Of a stretch of 64,000 nucleotides of DNA, positions 55,733 through 64,000 are shown piece after piece. Location of the stretch: assembly GCA_028023455.1 (NCBI GenBank), contig JAQFVV010000004.1:20150001-20214000 (forward strand). The letters are read 5' to 3'. The notes below the pieces were generated by a model, which worked only from the letters and a program-made list of their open reading frames with translations, was not told the origin of the DNA and did no database searches. The first letter of the stretch is position 1, and each line of letters begins with the position of its first letter. The DNA comes from Epiperipatus broadwayi (taxonomy: Eukaryota > Animalia > Onychophora). The position numbers and the translations under genes are program-made.

Positions 55733-55791
55733 ATCCAATATCCCCAGACTAGTTTCTGGCTTGTGGCCATCATCAGTGAGGAGCCTTGGAT
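55733..55791 (-). ncRNA. Type I hammerhead ribozyme (family B, intact copy)
   Basis: AUCCAA-GGC-UCCUCA CUGAUGA UGGC-CACAA-GCCA GAAA CUAG UC/ UGGGGA-UA-UUGGAU: full core, perfect stem II, stem I of 6+6 bp with an internal loop, palindromic stem III ACUAGU; predicted cut between 55747 and 55746. Confidence 0.9.
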
Positions 55792-56186
55792 CTGAGAGCA
55801 TTGCATCTAGATCTTAGGATCTAATGCAACCCTCCAGCAAACACCTTTTATCTCCATTTAACTACAAAACTATGAGACTTAAATTGAAAACACTATAATA
55901 TTTTCAATCCAAGCTAATCAGCTTATATAGTCATATAGGTCTGAACTCAGTTTAGTACCTATATGTTTTGATGTCTTTGGTTTTTTAATAACCATAGCCA
56001 CCACTATCCTATTGGCAGGATTGATTTTAAGCCAATAAAACATCACACGATCACTACTTCTTATATTGATCTTAACTGTTATTAAAACAGGCAAAATTCT
56101 CTATACATATTGCCACTCAGTGCAAGCCAGAGTAATCAATGGAGGCCAAAAGGTTTGTGCATTAAATCCCCATCTAGTGCCTACTC

Positions 56187-56235
56187 ATCCAATATCTCCA
56201 GAGTAGTTTCTGGCTTGTGGCCTTCATCAGTGAGG
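56187..56235 (-). ncRNA. Hammerhead ribozyme, family B, 5'-truncated with a stem III mutation
   Basis: CCUCA CUGAUGA AGGC-CACAA-GCCA GAAA CUAC UC UGGAGAUAUUGGAU. Confidence 0.75.
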
Positions 56236-56557
56236 CAATACGTATATAGAGTTTTGCCTGTTTGAATAACAGTTAAGAGCAAGCATAAGAAATAGTGATT
56301 ATGTGACATTTATTGGCTTAAAACCAATCCTGCCTAATAGGATAGTAGTTGCTATGGTTATTAAAGAACCAAAGGCACCAAAATGTATAGGTACTGAACT
56401 GAGTTCAGACCTATATGATTATATAAGCTGATGAGCTTGGATTGAAAATATTATAGTGTTTTCAATTTAAGTCTCATAGTTTTGTAGTTAAGTAGAGATA
56501 AAAGGTGGCTGCTGGAGGGTTGCATTAGATCCTAAGATCTAGGTGCAAGGTTCTCAG

Positions 56558-56615
56558 ATCCAAGGCTCCTCACTGATGAAGGCCACAAGCCAGAAACTAA
56601 TCTGGGATATTGAAT
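56558..56615 (+). ncRNA. Hammerhead ribozyme, family B, plus-strand copy
   Basis: AUCCAAGGCUCCUCA CUGAUGA AGGCCACAAGCCA GAAA CUAA UC UGGGAUAUUGAAU. Confidence 0.8.
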
Positions 56616-56769
56616 GAGTAGGCACTAGATGGGGATTTTATGCACAAGCCTTCTGGCCTCCATTGATTACTCTGACTTGCACTGAGTGGCAATATGTATA
56701 GAGAGTTTTGCCTGTTTTAATAACAGTTAAGAACAAGCATAAGAATAAGTGATTTTGTGATATTTTTAT

Positions 56770-57200
56770 TATGACTACAAGCTGGCTATTAGGTTTGTCT
56801 ATTGATGGTACTATCTATAGTTTAGCTGTTGCTTTTAGATGATAATAAGGATACCATAGATTTCAGATATGTTGATTATGTTTTTTGTATATGCTTTCAT
56901 AAACTTATTTAACAGTAACACTGGATAATTTAAATAAAATCCTTGAAATTAAATGGATAAAGAAAGATGAAGAAATTAATAAATCTATTAGATTTTTTAG
57001 ATTTTAAATTTAGAAGAGCAACATCATATTAATCATAAGATGTCTGTAAAGCCAGTCAAAAGTTATATACAGGCAGTTATCAAAAATTCTATTACCATAC
57101 AAAAAGGCAGATTTTAAAATTCTTTTATTTAAAAATTTATAATTTTGCTAATAACAATCTGACAGAAAAAAATAAACAAAATGAATTACAAAAACAATTT
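56770..57200 (+). mobile_element. Penelope-like RT remnant
   Basis: FRYVDYVFCI (PLE xRYVDDxF motif) at ~56860-56890, then IKW..FLDFKFRR..VCK resembling IKFT..FLD..VYRK; stops and frameshifts. Confidence 0.6.
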
Positions 57201-57254
57201 AATATATGAATTTTTTCTACAGTACAGGCTTTTTCATACCTGCACTCCAATATA

Positions 57255-57390
57255 TAATATATAGGGGGGTTGAACTCAGATTTTCACATGACCCTCAACT
57301 ATCACGCTATCTCATACTGCTGACACACTTGATCACATACATGTCAAAAGCTTGGATAGTTGAGGGTCACGTGAAAGTCTGAGTTCAAAA
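57255..57390. mobile_element. Miniature inverted derivative related to family A ends, without a hammerhead
   Basis: Arms ttgaactcagattttcacatgaccctcaactatc / gatagttgagggtcacgtgaaagtctgagttcaa. Confidence 0.6.
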
Positions 57391-57699
57391 ACAATTTAAA
57401 TAAATTGGATATTCTAAAATCATGCTTGATAACAAATATAAAAAAATGTACATGTAATCATGAAAACAATAGAATATCTATTATTATGAAACCATTGGTT
57501 AATGTGTTTTATATTTCTAATTTACATAAAAATTGTTTCTATTATGACAAAAGAATTTAATATAGGTTTTCAATGTCCTTTACCCTTAAATAGACTAATT
57601 AATAATTCTAAGAATAAGCTTGAAAATAAAGTTAAAGCATAATTGTTTTATGTCTTGGATTGCCAGATATTACAGGGGGACATGAGAAAATTTAAATCT

Positions 57700-58030
57700 G
57701 AATATTCAAATAGCCCATTTCTTTAAAATGGGTACACTTGTTTCTTTTTTGTTAATAGAAAAATGGCCACTAGCTATTGCACATGCTTCTTTGATCTTCT
57801 GATTTCTATCCTCTCTCTCTGTATACATTATTTCTGCTTTTGTTAGCTTGAATCTTTGGCCAGTTTTCTGTTAATGGTCTGTAAATATTGACATGTGTTC
57901 TTTGTCTCTGAAGGCTCTACTGTATAAATATCTGTGATGGGCAAGGGTCATTGACAGGTTGGCCATTGACTTCAGTAATATGCAGCATCGCAAGCTAATT
58001 GGCTGCACTTAATTTTATAGACCACTTGAT
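57700..58030 (-). mobile_element. Penelope-like GIY-YIG C-terminal remnant
   Basis: Minus-strand frame KIKEACAIASGHFSINKKETSVPILKKW. Confidence 0.55.
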
Positions 58031-60544
58031 GTGCTGATTCATTTAGTATAGTGTCTTTAGAGTTATTGATTAATTGATTAAGTGATGGAGGGGTTTGAAA
58101 GCTTATATTAAATTTATTTTTACATATATTTTTTATGTGCAATCTTTGGAATATAAGGTATGCTTATCCATTTTTTGGATATGAGTATTTTCATTTTACC
58201 AGATATTACATTGACTCAGAAATGAAGAAAATTAGTAAGAATTGAACTACAACACATACACATGCATACACACACTTTAACAATAATTTTAATATTTAAT
58301 TTGTTTATGTTTAAAGCTTATTTTTAAAATGTGTGTAGTAAATAAAAAGTCAACAAATAAATTTATCAATGTGTATTTTATTTTATTACTGCCATTATAT
58401 ATTTTTATTAATATATTTCTAGCTTAGTCATTAACTTTATTTCATCTTAATAAAAAAATATTAATATTAAAATGTTGCCATGAGCTCAAAAAAAAAAAAA
58501 AAAAGAAATTACATTGCCTGTTAAAAATATACACGATTATTTCATATTATGATGTGTTATTAAAAACACTATTTAATAACAAGATAAAATATTTTAATTA
58601 TTTTAAAATTAATTTAGATAATCTTAGAATTAAAATAAGCTAATAAATTCTTTTTATGTAAATAATGTCACCAAGTTTAAATTCAGAAAATTATAATATA
58701 TATCGAACTGGGTGGGAGTTTATCAAATAAAATAAAACATAGAATAATTTTTTTTTACTCTTTAAAAGGAACAAAATTGTGAAAACATTATAAACAAACT
58801 GTTGGCTTCTTTTTATAGAAAAATGACAATATTATAAATTATTATAAATTCGATCTACTCCAGTTGCAATTTAAATATTACAGCACCTGATTCCTCAGGC
58901 AGAGAAGCATAATACCCAGAGCGTACCTATAGCCAAACTGAGGTTACACAAGGTATAACCTACAGCCATATTTCCAGGTTACAGAACTTCTCAATTGCTG
59001 AATTTAAACCCTGTCATTCAAAGTACTTTATTTGTTTTGAAGTAAATTTCAGGTGCCAGTTAATTACAAAAAAGTAACTAACATACTCTGGATGACAGCT
59101 ACTAACTCAGTGCCTGAATATCCCAACTAGCTCAATGGAAACAAATATAACAAACTGCTTTAATTAGTGGTATAAATAAAAGAATTGACAGACAGTAATT
59201 GATAAACAAATAATTTATTTTAATTAAAATATTTACTATAATTTGTGAACTAATTTTATAAATTTATACTTAATTAAACAATGGTTTTATATATGATAGC
59301 TACATTCTATTTATAAAACATACAACAATAATATAAACACTATATAGATGGAGCACACATAAACTTGGAATTATAGCTAATTATTTCATGACTTGAAGCT
59401 CTGCAACTATTTATTTGTTACATTAGAAAATATGTGAACCCGCACATACTACAGTTCATTATTTGATAGCTATAGAGTTCATTTACTATACTGACTCTGG
59501 AGATACTTAAAGATTGCAATGGCTATTTATAGATTAATATAAAAATCAGAAATGGGAATAAAAAAATGTTATTACCTATAGGATTTTAAATGTTAGGGCT
59601 TCTTGCTCTTTGCTGCTGCATGTGTGGTTTACCAACTGGTTGGATTTTTGGCTTTCATTGCAGTCCTGATGATTGCATTTCCAGGTTACTTCTATTTCAG
59701 GCAGTTAGACATTCTTGGCAGCGTCAAATTATTAGATTGGCATTTCTTCTATTAGGCAGACTGCTTATGTTCTTGTGGATGTAGGCTGGAGCTTTGGTCG
59801 CATGCTCCAACTTCTGTTTAGCACAACATTGTCTTTATTGAAAAATACGTCTAATATAGATCTTGTTATCTTTTAATTAATTTTTAAATCCTCCAGTTAT
59901 TTTCATTGTTTAAAATCTGTCCACTGCTTTTGTTGATCAAATTTTTTTTTTTTTGATAAGATGCATTTTAATTAGTCCTGTTGTTTAGGGATTTTAATTA
60001 GTTAATTAGTAGCCACTGCTAATCCCATTCCTATGCAGCTTATCTATTAAACAATCTTTGAGTTTTAAAATCTAATCATGAGCTTTCTTTTATTTTAATA
60101 TTTAACTTTCATATTTTTCTTATTTTCTTACATGCACACATTTACTATTTCTTTATGTATTCAAAATCAACATTATTTATGCACACATATATTTATTTTA
60201 TTTTAAATAAATGGAAAGAGAGATTTTTAGTTTTTTAAGATTTCTTTTTTTTTTTTAATAGTTTAATTTTTCTAAGTTACATTCCCCCTCGGGCTAATTG
60301 CATTCTCTTTCAATAAACTTTTTAACTTTCTATATGTATATATTTTAACTTTCTAAATACACTTAACTTATTCGAAGTTTAATTTTGCTAAGTTATTTAT
60401 TGGTATTTGATTCTGCAGTAATTTTTATTTATTAGAATTTTAATTTTAAACTTTATGTTGTTTATGGAATTTATTTTAATAATTTTAGGCACAAAATTAT
60501 TAGAACATGTAATGCTTGAATAGCAGTACAATATATATATATAT

Positions 60545-60624
60545 AGAAGCTAAAGATCGGAGAAGATGGATTAAACTTGGAGAGACCTTCATCCTGCAGT
60601 GGATTGATAATGGTTGATGATGAT
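60545..60624 (+). mobile_element. RTE LINE 3' end, same family
   Basis: 68 nt identical to the 16101 copy, (GAT)n tail. Confidence 0.78.
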
Positions 60625-61382
60625 ATATATATATATTGTATGCAAAATTATATAATTCTTACAAAGACAACATTTTGGAATTGACTATACTAGGAATTAT
60701 ATAAAGAACAATTATATGGTGCATGAATTGTTAAGAGAATCAGTAAATTAGGGTGAAAAAAAACTATAAGATATCAGTTAGCACAGTAAATTTGATTTAT
60801 AAAGAATATTAATAGTTTTTCTTTGATAATTATTGTAGAGACTTTATGATAAATTATGTTTTAAGAATAATCATGTATATATTTAAAGTATGACATGAAT
60901 TAGCTATACCTCAATCTACCACACTATTTTGATAATTGAAACTATTAACTATTAAATATTGAAACCATGTTCCACTTACAGTGCTTTTTCTACAATTCTT
61001 TCAAGTTTTATTACAAATTGACCTCATTTCTTCAACTACCTCTTCATCATATATATATATTCTTCTATATTTGATCCAATTGGGATAAAAAATTATTTAA
61101 AATTTTATAATTCTAATATATTTATAGATATGTCAATCTGATCATCTGGTGGCAATAATCTTTATTGAAAATTTATTATTAAATCCTGACATTTTATTAT
61201 AAATATTAAACAGCTATAATACTGACAAATTGTCATATTTACAATTATTTTACATAAAATACTGACAGTGTTGTACTAATCAATGAAATATTGACCATTT
61301 ACGTTACATATTGACATTTTATTATATATATTGATCATTTATTTAAATACTGATTTAAAATGTTTAAAAATACTGACTTCTG

Positions 61383-61439
61383 ATGATCTGGGACAACTGA
61401 TGAGTGGTAGTTCAACATGAAATGCATCTTGGGGGTCAT
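61383..61439 (+). ncRNA. Type I hammerhead ribozyme, E-type variant
   Basis: AUGAUCU-GGG-ACAA CUGAUGA GUGGUAGUUCAACAU GAAA UGCA UC/ UUGG-GGGUCAU; stem III palindrome AUGCAU; stem II partly decayed. Confidence 0.7.
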
Positions 61440-61899
61440 TTGTCTTTTATTATATCTTTATTTATATGAAGAATAAAAAAGAAAGAGGAAGTATGGAGAT
61501 TACTAAAATAATAACAGCCTAGAAAAAAAGTCACTTCTAAGAAATAAAGCTTATGTAATAGGAAGTACAATAGACATTAATTAAATATTATTAATAAAGT
61601 AATCAGAAAAGAGATTAAGTACTAAAAGAATAGATTATAGAAGAATCAAACCTATACAAAAAATATGTTATATAAAGTAAAAGTAATGCATGTAAATGAA
61701 TTAGGTAAAGATAAAAAACTAAGCCATTGTTGAAAAATGAGAATTCAATGAGGAGATATGATAACACATTTATATGCATATAAGTATTTTAACTAATATA
61801 TTATTATTATATTTACAGAAAATGATTTTTTTTTAACTTAGAGTTTCAGTTGATTATTATATAACAGTTTCATGAAACCCAGGCTTAAGTTGGAAAATT

Positions 61900-63900
61900 C
61901 ATCTATTAATATAAATGATCATGGGGAAGAAAGTATTGATGAAGAGATATAAGGAGGATGAAGCAATTAGAAAGGAAATAATGAAAAAGAAAGGTAAGTG
62001 AATGGAATTATTGTTATATTTAAATTGATAAACATTTATATATTTTCTTAACATACCATTTGTAGAAGACAAAATTTTGAATTGGGGAGGGGGGGTGTTC
62101 GGCTTAAATGCAGTTTACCCTATCTTTTAAGTTCTATATGAAGGTAGTAGTTTTCAAGAATTCATTGAAGTAATTAATGAAGACCTGATCAAGGAAAATA
62201 TTGTGAACAGTGAGACAGATTGTTAAATATAACAAATTGATTTTATGCATGTGCAGTGTGGGATATGAAAATATAGAGACCAATAGATTATATGGGATAT
62301 TTGTTTTGTGTCACTTCAGTGTAGTGCTTGACAAATTTATTGATTCTTGAGTAATAGGTACATTATGGTTGAGTTGAAATCAGAAAAAAAAGCATCAAAC
62401 TTAATGATCCAAAGAGAATATGTAAAAGTTGATTAGGTGTTAATACAAAGTGTAGTTCAATAAAATGGCCTTGAAATAAAACCATGAATAGCAAAAAAAA
62501 AAAGAGATTAAAACAGAGTTACATATTGAATTATTTTTATAATGTGTGAAGTGATATTCATTTATGATCTAAAATAGTTAATTGGAATAAGAATCAAAAG
62601 AAATATAGACTAGAAAAAAAAGAGGAATAAGAGAATACTTGGAGAAGCTGTGGAGAATAGTGAAAGATTGGAATTTTGTTTTTGGATGAATAGCAAACAA
62701 AAAACAATAAATAAAGATAGCACCAAAAATAGTGTTAGTAATAAATCAATAATATGGTTATAGAAAATAAACAAAAAATAGCAGAATATGAGTTTCTGAT
62801 CAAATGGGAAAAAAATTAAAACTTAAATATAAGACAAAAGAAACCAGAGAAATGTAGATGCAAAAAAGTGAATAGTAGAAAAATAATTTTTAAAAGAATC
62901 ATCTAAAATATGAGGAAGTGAAAAAATACTTTAATAGATCTGGAGGAACATAAATATATTATGACTCTTCTTCAACAAATGAGAGAAGTTATATTAAAAC
63001 AAACAGAAATTACAATAAAATTATTAAGATAACAGAACTATAAGATAAAAATATATGAATGGAAAAATTAGAGCAAAAATCAGAAAAACATCAGGAAGAG
63101 TTAGCAATAGTAATGAAAAATGTTCAAGCAAATGTTGAAAAGATAGAAGAATGGCTGAGATGCGAGTTACAATAACAAAAAAAGGAAGTCTTTAAATATA
63201 TCCAAACTATATACAAACAATGAAAAAGCATTTAAAGATGATGCAAATGAATATAAAGATGGGAATTCCAGGATGATTAACAAAATATTCATGAAATCAC
63301 CAGAACAAAAAGAGAACTGGCAGAAAGATAATAAAAATGAAAAGATGAACTTGAAAAATAACAAAAGAACATAGTTAGGGATCTTGAAGCATTAATAAAT
63401 AAGCAAAATCAAAAGGAAAAATTACAGAGGTTTTAGAGATCAAGTATTTATGAGATTATATAAACAGATTATTAAAAAATTAGCAAATTAATCACTAGAA
63501 AAACTCAAGGAGTAAAGTATAAAATGGAATTGACAATAGGAAGAAATCAGTTAAAAATACAAGAGAGAGGAAGACCAAAAGACAAGTGTGAGATTGCATA
63601 CACAGAAAAGCAATGTATGGATCCTTTATGAAATGAAAAAAAAATCAAGTAATTAACATTGACGAAAGAGAGAAAAAATCAACAAAAAGAATCCAGGATG
63701 ATACAATGATAAAGAATGCAGGTAAATGGAAAAAGACTTGTGAAAACTTTAGAAGAACTGATGAATTGTTATGACTGCAACTATAAAACAATAAGAAAAA
63801 ATCTTTATGGAGCTTATTATAAACTTGAAAAATTCTTCAAATATAAACATCCAGACTCTGGGATATTTCTACATTGAATTTTATATTGATTCCTGAATAA
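61900..63900 (+). mobile_element. Mosaic of decayed LINE fragments
   Basis: Strongly purine-rich strand; VRQIVK near 62210 and ERGRPK near 63560; coiled-coil-like stretch at 62950-63450. Confidence 0.35.
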
Positions 63901-64000
63901 TGAAAGACAAGATGTCTGATTGCAGATTGTGGCATGAAAAGTATAAACACAGAGAGACAAAAGTTATACACAATTTTTGTATCAATATAAAGCAAGATTA

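Larger units (their letters stand above)
55625..56763. mobile_element. Family B hammerhead-containing repeat array (retrozyme/non-autonomous PLE-like): two minus-sense units (period 454) plus one inverted plus-sense unit
   Basis: 55625-56085 repeats at 56085-56235; junction at 56235/56236; 56236-56763 is the reverse complement of the unit; three hammerhead cores. Confidence 0.85.

Noticed and set aside
61170-61380. Degenerate (a/t)a(c/t)tgac minisatellite; also (TA)n and homopolymer runs elsewhere
   Set aside because: Ordinary low-complexity sequence
1379-63364. Most 60-100 aa ORFs in the track
   Set aside because: Low-complexity AT-rich chance frames or antisense/partial frames of TE remnants
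47700-64000. Further upstream exons of the receptor gene
   Set aside because: No splice-bounded minus-strand frame with the expected domain sequence found by eye; the same holds for 1-3228

Overview
Very AT-rich eukaryotic DNA, probably invertebrate (arthropod-like). There is no prokaryotic content, CRISPR array or rRNA. The only host coding sequence I can support is two minus-strand exons (47439-47696 and 3229-3383) of a GABA-B-like/class C receptor ligand-binding domain, separated by a ~44 kb intron. The rest is intronic and packed with mobile DNA: decayed LINEs (RTE and others), Penelope-like (PLE) RT and GIY-YIG remnants, a tRNA-derived SINE with TSDs, a pogo/Tigger-type element with a nested CpG-rich insert, a hAT MITE and several unclassified TIR elements. 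The main finding is at least two, probably three, repeat families with ~385-470 bp units (called A, B and E here) that each carry a minimal type I hammerhead ribozyme with a palindromic stem III. They occur as tandem-plus-inverted arrays with a 35-55 nt one-sided tail and lie next to PLE remnants, as expected for non-LTR retrozymes/non-autonomous PLEs. All folds and alignments were done by eye; repeat boundaries are approximate unless TSDs are given.
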